Assembly (NCBI RefSeq): GCF_001194135.2
Contig: NC_068986.1
Location: forward strand, 78,666,166-78,711,201
Direction of reading: 5' to 3'
DNA length: 45,036 nt
From: Octopus bimaculoides
Lineage: Eukaryota
This document shows, piece by piece, positions 35,365 to 45,036 of this stretch. Below the pieces are notes generated by a model that did no database searches, was not told the origin of the DNA, and was given only the letters and a program-made list of their open reading frames with translations. The stretch's first letter is position 1; each line of letters begins with the position of its first letter. The position numbers and the translations under genes are program-made.

Positions 35365-36197
35365 CAAAGTATTCGGGCCAAATTTGACGATTTTTATGTC
35401 TCCTTTACGTCTCAGAAACAGCTTGATGTATTGGTGAATACCCAACGGCGTGCGTTGGAGAGCTTAAAGATTAATGCTGTAGTTGAGAGAAATTTAGCTG
35501 CCATAGAGGACTGGAAGCCATCTGAATACCGGAAAAGATCTACCTCTATCACGAAGATTGGCGCTGGGTATCAAAAATGCTGACTTCATGACTACTGCAC
35601 AATGCTCTGTAAACTAGGTAAAAGCTGTAAGATGTGACATAGACAGGTGCAAAAGAGACTAGGAAGCTGTAGATAGCAGGAAGGGACATTACAGGCGGTC
35701 TTATTATGTCCGCACGCCAGAATTCATTCATCCAACGACTGTTGAACAGGGCCTTAAGCTCTGTCAGACGACTATATGAGACTACTGGAGACTGTGCTCA
35801 AACCCTGGTTGGAGAGGGATGGTGCTGGAAGCGATATGTGCAGTGACAGTAATCGGCTCCTTGTTATATCTACGGAAAGTGTCAGAAGTGGTTGTCGGAA
35901 AATTTCCACGACTTCACCAGACCCAATTACCAACCACTTAATTACCCCAATTGTAATCTTATGGAATATGTGTGGGGCGCGTGTTCGCAGAGTTATAGTA
36001 AGGTAAACATGAACAAGATTCCGGGATCGCCTTCAGGCCGAGTTAGAAACCTAGGGCGACTACTTTAAGTGAACTGTTGTCTCTCAATCATAATGTAGTT
36101 ATTTTCTGAATTTTTAAAATGCTTTTATTTTTTTGTGTGGGATATTTTTTTATTTTTTTATTCTTTTATGCAATCTGTCACATTTAGCCCGAACATT

Positions 36198-36200
<3 letters not shown>
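35365..36200 (+). mobile_element. Internally deleted DD37D (maT) Tc1/mariner element with ~28-bp TIRs
   Basis: TA|CAAAGTATTCGGGCCAAATTTGACGATT at 35363 and AATCTGTCACATTTAGCCCGAACATTCTG|CA at 36200. Remnant EQGLKL-SDDYMRLLETVLKPWLER-RYVQ*Q*SAPCYIYGKCQKWLSENFHDFTRPNYQPLNYPNCNLMEYVWGA, with 37 codons between the positions of the 2nd (35850) and 3rd (35964) catalytic Asp. Confidence 0.85.
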
Positions 36201-36246
<46 letters not shown>

Positions 36247-36267
36247 TACACACAAATACACACACAT

Positions 36268-36632
36268 GTTGTTGGCACTCCGTCGCTTACGACGTCGAGG
36301 GCTCCAGTTAATCCGATCAATGGAACAGCCCGCTCGTGAAATTAACGTGCAAGTAGCTGAGCACTCCACAGACACGTGTACACTTAACGTAGTTCTCGGG
36401 GATATTCAGCGTGACATAGTGTGACAAGACTGACCCTTTGAATTACAGGCACTACGGAAACAGGAAGTAAGAGAGAAAGTTGTGGTGGAAGAGTACAGCA
36501 GGGTTTGCCACCATCCCCTGCCGGAGCCCCGTGGAGCTTTAGGTGTTTACACAACGCCCGGTCTGTGAATCGAAACCGCGATCCTATGACCGCGAGTCCA
36601 TTGCCCTAACCACTGGGCCATTGCGCCTCCAC
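36268..36632 (-). mobile_element. Near full-length tRNA(Arg-like)-derived SINE family D, tail type 1
   Basis: Minus strand GTGGAGGCGCAATGGCCCAGTGGTTAGGGCAATGGACTCGCGGTCATAGGATCGCGGTTTCGATTCACAGACC (A and B boxes), body, tail ...GCACGTTAATTTCACGAGC...GGAGTGCCAACAAC; flanked by (CA)n on both sides. Confidence 0.88.
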
Positions 36633-36664
36633 ACACACACACACATACACACACACGCGCGCAC

Positions 36665-36790
36665 GGTGGGCTTCCATACTGCCAGATTCACTCACAAGCG
36701 TCCAATCTATCAAATTCACTCACAAGGCAGGCATTGCTGTGCCCCGGGCAATTTTAGAAAGCAATTGCCCAGTGTTCCACGTGGTTGCAT
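36665..36790 (-). mobile_element. Degenerate SINE family A variant fragment
   Basis: GGGCTTCCATAC...AAATTCACTCACAAGGC...CCCGGGC...AGAAAGC.ATTGCCCA; ATTCACTCACAAG is duplicated. Confidence 0.5.
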
Positions 36791-37203
36791 AGTGAGCTCC
36801 TCAATCACAGAACCATGCCTACTCTGATGCATCTATAATTTGCGTCCACATCTTACCATTACTCGCATTATATTTGTTACTGCGTCGTCCATCTCTGTTT
36901 CGTGCTGTTTTATTTCAGTCCATATATAACTTTGACCATTATTAAGTTGCTTGACGAAATCCTTATATTCCTCTTTCTCCGTTATAAGTTGATTTTAAAT
37001 TGCAAGCTCTCTTCAAATGTACAATAATGTTTTGAACTCATGACACTTATACTATGTAGATTGATGATGGATATTGATATTTTTAAAGTCTAGATCTATG
37101 ATGTGAGTTAATAGCGTAGTTAGAGTCCAGGTCACCCAGAAAAGACCTTCAGTTTGCCGCTTCAACTATTTCAAATTTTGTATTATTATATTTGGAGATG
37201 GTA

Positions 37204-37418
37204 ATAGTTTGTCAATTAAACGCACGCACTATCTACTAGGTCTTCACTTCAGTTTTCTTCTTATTATTATTTTAGTTTCTTTGTCAAAGCTCTTTTGTTA
37301 TACATCTTGTGACCTCTTCAGCAGTGACGAAAGAGATTTGACAAAGAAACTAAAATAGTAATAATAAAGCTGAAGTGAAGACCAGATATACAGTGCGTGT
37401 GTTTAATTGGTAAAATAT
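37204..37418. repeat. Long inverted repeat (fold-back) with ~85-95-bp arms and 24-nt spacer
   Basis: 37213-37300 CAATTAAACGCACGCACT...GGTCTTCACTTCAG...TATTTTAGTTTCTTTGTCAAAGCTCTTTTGTTA is the reverse complement, with scattered differences, of 37325-37409 TGACGAAAGAGATTTGACAAAGAAACTAAAATAG...CTGAAGTGAAGACC...AGTGCGTGTGTTTAATTG. Confidence 0.93.
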
Positions 37419-37749
37419 GACCGTCCCACAAGTATAACAATATCTGTTTCAACATACAATCTCATGTCAGCAATCTTGCAAAAGAAACGCATAAACGTAA
37501 TAATTGTGAAAAGTTTCTTTCTGTAGCACTATCAGATATGGTTGAGGTATTTTGTCAGCTTGCATGTTGCTAGTAGTTTCGTACAGATGCCACGTTTCCG
37601 CGATTTCAGTTATGCCTCCATGGAATCACGTGCATTCGTTTTACACGTAGTATGCTTATTATCACGCTACCGCCTTGTTCTATATAGAATTGAACTGACA
37701 TTTAATAAGGCGCTGGCTGTTGCAAAGTATTCTACAAAAGGTACGCTTA

Positions 37750-37750
37750 G

Positions 37751-37806
<56 letters not shown>

Positions 37807-37830
37807 GATGATGATGATGGTGATGCTGAT
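37750..37830. repeat. (CTA)n followed by (GAT)n microsatellite
   Basis: Directly visible. Confidence 0.95.
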
Positions 37831-38150
37831 GATGATGAATTCGCTACTGTTGCTGTTGTCATGACTACCGCTGCTACAGCTGCAGTTTTTACAATTAATA
37901 ATTTCTTGCCTGTTTTTTTTTTTTTTACAAAACCTCAAGTTTGTAGGGCAGAAAATTTAATGGACCGACCCTAATACATAACTGGTATCTTAAGTTATGG
38001 ACACAAATGGGATGAAAGTAAAAGTAAGTCACGGTTGTATTTAAACTAGTAAGACATACGGATGACCCTGTATATTACGTTTAATTAATTACAAAGAATT
38101 ACACTAATATTAAAAAATGTAGAATACTGTGTCTTTTCCGATATAAAATA

Positions 38151-38190
<40 letters not shown>

Positions 38191-39146
38191 ACAGAGAAAG
38201 ATTTCGGTTTAGTGTTTTAATGTTTAAATATTTCGCTTCTGGAAGCAGATGAAAGTTGGTCAGAAACCTACCAGATGGATTTGATTACTGAGTGAAATCA
38301 TATAGCCTTAAGCACTTTCTTACTACGATTGCAATAATTTTCTAAACATAATTGCTTCGCTGAAAGGGGGAAAAAAGTCATATGGTATTTTGAATTGACA
38401 AGGATCTGTAGATCATTTCAGTTCTTACATTTTGTTTTCACTCCTCCCCTTTTCTATTAATTCTCTTGTCCAGAATATTTTACCCTCTCTCTTTCACTCT
38501 CTCTCTTTCTCTCCCTGCATGTCTCTCTCTGAGTCTCTCTCTCTCTATATATATATCTATATATATATATATATATGCGTGCATGTGTGAGTGATTGTAA
38601 GTTTGTTTAAAATATTAATTTCATTTTTATTGGGCACAACGACCCTATATCTATTGCAATTATTATCAATAGTTGTATATGATATAAATTATCAATAGCA
38701 ACAGTGAGATCATATTTCATTTAACCGCTTCGAATATAAAATATACACCTTTCAATTTAATTTTCCTTTATTAGAATATTCAAAAAGCAAACGAACCACG
38801 TTATTGCTTTCGTTACTTCTCAAACGTTGCCTTTTAAATTTTGCATGTGTATGATGATAACACAAAATTTTCTGGGTAGAACCTCAATGTAGTTGTTTCC
38901 TCGCCTATCAATCATACCTTTGTAATCACGTCGTCGCAAACAAGCATTGTCACTGTGATTCTGTATCTATTACTTTGTAAAGGGAAAATAGGGAATACAA
39001 TTGCAGCTGAATATACAGTAGCATACTGATAAGGATCCAGCGCTTGAGCCTGTTGTAAGATCGTATTTCGTCACAAGGACTTTTTTGCCATCGATTTGAG
39101 CAAGGGGAGTAAAAATGATACGAAAGCTGAATGCATTAGTTATTTA

Positions 39147-39349
39147 ATATTGGCTTCGAATGTTGGCACAAAGCCAGCAATTTCGGGGGATGGGCAATTC
39201 GATTACATCGACCCCAGTGTTCAAGCAGTACTTATTTTATCGACCCCGAAATGATGAAAGGTAAAGTCAACCTCGGTAGATTTTGAACCCAAAACGTAAA
39301 GACGGACAAAACGCCGCTAAACGTTTTACCCCGTGTGCTGACGGTTCAG
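39147..39349 (-). mobile_element. SINE family C
   Basis: TTGGCACAAAGCCAGCAATTTCGGGG...CGATTACATCGACCCCAGTG...GTACTTATTTTATCGACCCCGAAA...AAAGTCAACCTCGG...TTTGAAC. Confidence 0.85.
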
Positions 39350-39444
39350 TGATTTAATATTAGAAACAAAGAATCTTATATATGTAGTCATTAAGCAGCC
39401 AAACCCTTCTTAAATCGGCTTACGAGCTCAAATTTAAAATGACG

Positions 39445-39537
39445 TATTAGCGTTAAAGATACTTGCCGTGCGTATGAACCTGAAACGAAATGGTTGCACA
39501 GTAAGCTTCATAACTACACAAACCATGCCTGCGCCTA
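39445..39537 (-). mobile_element. SINE family A head fragment
   Basis: TGAACCTGAAACGAAATGGTTGCACAGTAAGCTTCATAACTACACAAACCATGCCTGCGCCTAT. Confidence 0.65.
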
Positions 39538-40117
39538 TGACATATTTGACAGAAAGTTCTTCTTGAAATTGTCAATTTGAACAAAATTTATTTATCTATT
39601 TTACACGGTAAGAACAATAAAAGTATATAAAAGAAAGATCGTTTGAAGACATGGTGCATCTGTCGTTAGTGAAACCTTCACTATCACATTGTATACATCT
39701 GAGAATTCTGAATGAAATAAAATGCAATCTATATGGGATTTCATGAATCCTCAGTAATTATGGATAGGTTTTATTTTTGTCTTTCAATAAGTTAAATATC
39801 AATAATATGCTTTGGAAAAGCATGGATGCGAATATGTGGCATTTTTCTCTTCAATAAATGAGAAGCCATTGGTGTCTGCAAGTAATAATTATTAATTTAG
39901 TCATCTTGTTGCCAAGAAAGAGGAAATTGCCGCCCAAAGGACACGTTTCTTTGACTCAGTTTTTGATAGAAATAATAATTTTCTTAAATGTATATATGTG
40001 TGAGTGGGTAGGTTGTATGTCCTATCAGAAAATGCAAACGGAAAATATGTACAATATTTAAAGATCTTCCTGTTGTTTGAATATATGCACACATGTATTT
40101 CTGTATATCTGTTTTAA

Positions 40118-40370
40118 GTGGAGGCGCAATGGCCCAGTGGTTAGGGCAGCGGACTCGCGGGCTTTGTGTGTGCTTATTGAGCGAAAACACCTAAACGCTC
40201 CACGAGGCTCCAGGAAGGGGTGGTAGCGACCCCTGTTGTACTCTTTGTCTCAATCTTTCTTCCTGTTTCTTGACTAACGCTGCGATGGACTGGCGTCCGC
40301 CCAGCTGGGGGAAGACATACGCCATAGAAACCGGGCCTGGCTAGCCTTTAAAAAGTGCGAAAAGAAAGGA
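40118..40370 (+). mobile_element. SINE family D head and body with tail type 2; 13-bp target site duplication
   Basis: Head nearly identical to 36632-36590 but B box deleted; tail CTGCGATGGACTGGCGTCC...TACGCCATAGAAACCGGG; ATATCTGTTTTAA at 40105-40117 and 40371-40383. Confidence 0.9.
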
Positions 40371-40800
40371 ATATCTGTTTTAAATTATTTTTCATAAAGC
40401 CAAAACAAAGCAAGTTATGAGACATAATACATAATACAAGCCTGTGGTTTATACTTTCACTTTGTATTCTATTATTTCTGGGTTAGTACCCCTTTTTCAG
40501 GAATTCTTCGGTGAAATGGATTTGGAAACACACTTCTGTATTCTCAGAACAGAGAAGACAGTTCACAACAACAACTTTGTATTTATATAACACTTTCACA
40601 AATTCTATCTAAACTTTGTTGTTTTGGAGAGCAATTGAAAGAGAAGAGTGTCATATACATACATACATACATACATTCATAACTATATATATGTATATAT
40701 ATATATAAATATATATGTATACATACATATATATACATGTATATATACATACAAATACATACATATGTATATAAATATACACATATGTATATATACGTAC

Positions 40801-40870
<70 letters not shown>

Positions 40871-40941
40871 ATATTGATATATATCTGTAAATACATATAT
40901 ATATATGAATATATATATATACATANNNNNNNNNNNNNNNN

Positions 40942-40974
<33 letters not shown>

Positions 40975-41022
40975 GTAAATATATATATATGACTATATAT
41001 ATATGTGTATATATAAAAATAT

Positions 41023-41094
<72 letters not shown>

Positions 41095-41579
41095 TCATAT
41101 GTCTTTGTATGTGTGTGTGTGTGAATGCGTATGTTGTGTATAGCAAGAGGGTAATTATGATAGAAAGATGAAAATAGAAGGTTAGACATAACGAACAATG
41201 AATTTCTTAGTGAAGTTTATCATTGATGTTTAATACAAAGCACAAGTTATATGTTCTGTATAAACTCATAGTTTGAGAACATAGCGACTGATAGAAAAGT
41301 GAAACAATTAAAAATAAAGTCTACAGAAATAACTCTATTAAAACGAACGCTTTTACTATTGATCGGTAGGCAAAGCTTGCTTCAAAAAGGAAGAAGATAG
41401 ACCATTAATTGTCATAAATGTTGGCAATGGAAATCAGCGGAAGAATATATAATTACGAACGTGAAATGAATTCCCAACAGATGATGTGGTATTCTGAGAA
41501 AACAAATTTCATAATAGAAAACTGGTAAACAGAGAAGTGAGTAAATACATTTACTTCTACACACGATCAAACGCTGTTA

Positions 41580-41583
41580 CACA

Positions 41584-41617
<34 letters not shown>

Positions 41618-42051
41618 NNNNNNNNNNNNNNNNNNNNNNNNNNNNNNNNNNNNNNNNNNNNNNNNNNNNNNNNNNNNNNNNNNNNNNNNNNNNNNNNNNN
41701 NNNNNNNNNNNNNNNNNNNNNNNNNNNNNNNNNNNNNNNNNNNNNNNNNNNNNNNNNNNNNNNNNNNNNNNNNNNNNNNNNNNNNNNNNNNNNNNNNNNN
41801 NNNNNNNNNNNNNNNNNNNNNNNNNNNNNNNNNNNNNNNNNNNNNNNNNNNNNNNNNNNNNNNNNNNNNNNNNNNNNNNNNNNNNNNNNNNNNNNNNNNN
41901 NNNNNNNNNNNNNNNNNNNNNNNNNNNNNNNNNNNNNNNNNNNNNNNNNNNNNNNNNNNNNNNNNNNNNNNNNNNNNNNNNNNNNNNNNNNNNNNNNNNN
42001 NNNNNNNNNNNNNNNNNNNNNNNNNNNNNNNNNNNNNNNNNNNNNNNNNNN

Positions 42052-42120
<69 letters not shown>
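41580..42120. repeat. (CA)n microsatellite spanning an assembly gap
   Basis: (CA)n on both sides of N 41618-42051. Confidence 0.9.
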
Positions 42121-42122
<2 letters not shown>

Positions 42123-42501
42123 TTGTCCTGAAAATAGAAGGACACGTTGAACATCTTTCGTTATAATAAACATTTTAAGTGGGAACCGATTAAAGATTAA
42201 ACAACAGCTAATACACAAAAGCAAGGAGGCTTGCTCTTATGTAGGCTCGTGTGTCTGCAGTCTCTCACAAGTACACAGAATCAGGCGGATATAGATTATC
42301 AGAAGTATATATACCAAAATATTTATAAATTAATTTATACAAACTGCATGATTGATGTATGTTTTGTTTTAAGTTTTCGACACTATAAAATACATTAGGA
42401 TTGTATTTGTTTTCAGATATTTATATTCAATTATAATTTTGTAACGACATCACCAAATGCAGAAGTAGTTTCACGTACAAAAGATTTCGCATATATTAGT
42501 A

Positions 42502-42692
42502 TCAAATTTTGCCACAAGATCAGCAAATTGCAGATGAGGAGTTATGTCCATTATAACGACAGTTCTATTCAACTGGTACTTATTTTAACGACCTCAAAAG
42601 GATAGAAGAAGGTAAAGTTGATTACCGTAGAATTCGAACTCAGAACGTAAAGTCGGATAAAAATGAAACTAAACATTTTCCCGGCGCGGTAA
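42502..42692 (-). mobile_element. SINE family C, degenerate
   Basis: CAAATTTTGCCACAAG...CAACTGGTACTTATTTTAACGACCTC...GGTAAAGTTGA...GAATTCGAACTCAGAACGTAAAG...TAAACATTTTCCCGGCGCG. Confidence 0.75.
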
Positions 42693-43493
42693 TTTTTCTT
42701 ATATTTCGCATGCCTTGACATATCATCATATTTAACTAATACTACCACCTTTATGATGTTCTGTAATAATGAAGCTAAATTACATATTTGGTTGCGAGAA
42801 TGTTAGAATTAATGGTCCAGTCATTTAACCAGACATGCACTACAATACGGTTTAATACACGGTAAGAACTGGGGGTTCAGGCTGTAAGTGTTGAGCAGTA
42901 AAATGTTTTGATCAAAGTTAAACAGGCTGAAACCTGATGGAGTACCCCATTGACCAAAGACATATCAGCCGTGGCAATCTCATTCGTTAATGGCACGTAA
43001 GAATAAATTTTTAAAGGCGATAGAGTGTAATTTGTGAGAGATATGGTTGCTATTTTTAGTTTGTTGTGCTTAACAGAAAATATTTTATAAGGAGATTGTT
43101 AGTAATTGGTTTAAGCGACAAACCATCAGTACTCATCACTTAGCAAATAAATATTTTGTTTGCTCAATTAGGAGACAAAAAAGTGAATCAATAACGGCAA
43201 TACTTTAACTAAGGAACGTATGATACACCACCAGATATCATAAAGCAGCTAAATTTACCCTGAATCGTCTAAGAAATATTCCTGACATGTATAATTAACG
43301 TGATATGAAGTCTAATCTATTAAGTTTTGTAATATTCGTTATAACAGTCTGCAGCATAGGGTGCACACTTATTGAAAATCTCTTCAGAGATGACAGGTAA
43401 AGAATATGAAATATGTGATACTTAATCAGATGGGGAAAACTAACTTTAAACGGACGTTTGCAAATTGAGTTTAACATGATCTAATAATAATTC

Positions 43494-43665
43494 TTCTTAT
43501 TGGTACACTGCCATAAATTTTGAAGGAAAAGCCTAGACAATTGAATCGAATTCGGTATATGCCTTGTTCTGTTTAAATGACTTCAGAGGAATGATTTGAC
43601 CTCAGGAAGTAGAGAAACGAAATTATAAACTGTCCAACGCTCTCGTAGTTCTGTCACTCCACCAG
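43494..43665 (-). mobile_element. Highly degenerate SINE family C copy
   Basis: Weak similarity: TTCTTATTGGTACACTGCC.TAAATTTTG...ATTTGACCTCAG...GTTCTGTCACTCCACC. Confidence 0.35.
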
Positions 43666-44821
43666 ATTCCTATAATCGAATAATGGCAAGTCATTCAATG
43701 ATAAATTATGACCAATAATGGATTAAGCTAGGACACATGACTTCATAATCAAATAATTTCAATATACAATGATAAATTCCTTAAATTCTGATTATTTTGT
43801 TTCAGCTGAGAAATCTTTATCAGTTAAAATCGAGCTAACAATCATACAAAGCCGTGCCGTTTATTCGAAAAATGAAATGAAATAAATAAATTAATAAAGG
43901 GAATGAAATAAAATAATCGTAAAACAACAAAATCAAATAAGGAAAATTTATTAAGTAATAAAACCAAATATATGTTATAATATATGCTATAATATAATGA
44001 ATAATCACAGTAAATCGGACATTGAAGGCAAATGATTTTAATCGATATTAACAGAGCATTAAATTTTCAGAGTTTCATACTCGCTTTCTTCTTAAAGATA
44101 ACATTGCAGTTATTGGAAACACTGGTTGGTTGATTTGAAAAACTCTTTATATACAGAATTATTGCACTTCTCAGCAAGTATAAGTCAAGCAGCTAATTCA
44201 AACATCTCCTCCTCTTTCTCCTCCTTCTCTTTCTCTTCCTTCTCTTTCTCCTCCTTCTCTTTCTCCTCCTTCTTTTTCTCCTTCTCCAGTGCTGATAAGT
44301 TGCCAGAACAAAATGTTTATGACGTCGATGTTTCCGGCTACCCAAATTACTAGATGATCAGTGTTTCCTGTTCTCAAAATTAACATGCAATAACTATATC
44401 CGGTTCATAATGTTATTATATAATTATGGTTTCCAGGTGATAATTTCTCATCTCGGATAGTTTTCATGATATGATTCACATAAGTAAATACCTTATAACA
44501 TTTTCAAGAGGTATTGTTTTGAGATTGCATTAAAAATATTATTTAATCAACTATCTAAACCGCATTTATTATGAATGAACCTTTTAAATATGATATCAAG
44601 ATAAAATAATTCAAAACTAATTAAATGATTCCTAAAATGACTAGAACAAAAGTTATTATTGGATTAGCAGAATTATTAGTGGTCGGTCAAAAAGCCCCGT
44701 TCCTTTTTACGTTCCAAGCAAATTGGATTGACTTTAGAGTTCATCCTGCAGGGGTGGGGTTATGAAAATAAGAAGTAGTTAGGTACTGGAATCGAGTTCT
44801 TCGACTGTTCGAAATCATCGT

Positions 44822-44980
44822 CACGAATGTGTGGTTAAGAGGTTTGCTCAGCAACCGTGTGGTTTCTCATTCATAGTAGAAAACACTTGCCCTAGGTACC
44901 ACTGAGAAGAACATTGCGTAAGAGTCTTCTGCTATTACATTGGGCTGACCAATAACCTGTGAATGAATTCGGCGTGGAAG
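44822..44980 (+). mobile_element. Degenerate SINE family A
   Basis: GTGTGGTTAAGAGGTTTGCTCAGCAACCGTGTGG...GTCTTCTGCTATTACATTGGGCTGACCAATAACCTGTGAATGAATT. Confidence 0.55.
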
Positions 44981-45036
44981 TCTGGTGTGTGTCCCTAGGT
45001 GTATGTATGCATTTATGTATATATATATATATATAT

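Noticed and set aside
36575-36632. tRNA-like sequences here and at 40118, 28969 and 17378
   Set aside because: They are SINE heads without a complete cloverleaf, so not called as tRNA genes.
39025-39135. Minus-strand frame AFRIIFTPLAQIDGKKVLVTKYDLTTGSSAGSLS as a candidate exon
   Set aside because: Poor acceptor (no pyrimidine tract), no recognisable domain, length compatible with chance.

Overview
Eukaryotic, AT-rich, microsatellite-dense genomic DNA with about 4.7 kb of N gaps in 16 runs. Repeat families and composition point to an octopus genome (inference from recognised SINE families; not verifiable here). No host gene exon could be supported, and nearly all supplied ORFs are microsatellite or N-run artefacts. 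The informative content is decayed mobile DNA: (1) a near-complete Penelope-like element (PLE) reverse transcriptase remnant at 16150-18290 (-), plus smaller PLE RT and endonuclease fragments at 3500-4250; (2) a near-intact minimal type I hammerhead ribozyme (HHR) at 4406-4449, a decayed sister copy at 33720-33756 and several further HHR-like relics, including one in the loop of a 215-bp fold-back element at 37204-37418; (3) a full-length dead D,D34D mariner with an inverted partial copy nearby; (4) an internally deleted DD37D (maT) element; (5) a 5'-truncated R4/Dong-like RLE retrotransposon flanked by (CATA)n; (6) about 25 copies or fragments of modular tRNA-derived SINEs that share and swap heads, cores and tails. 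All translations and alignments were done by eye.
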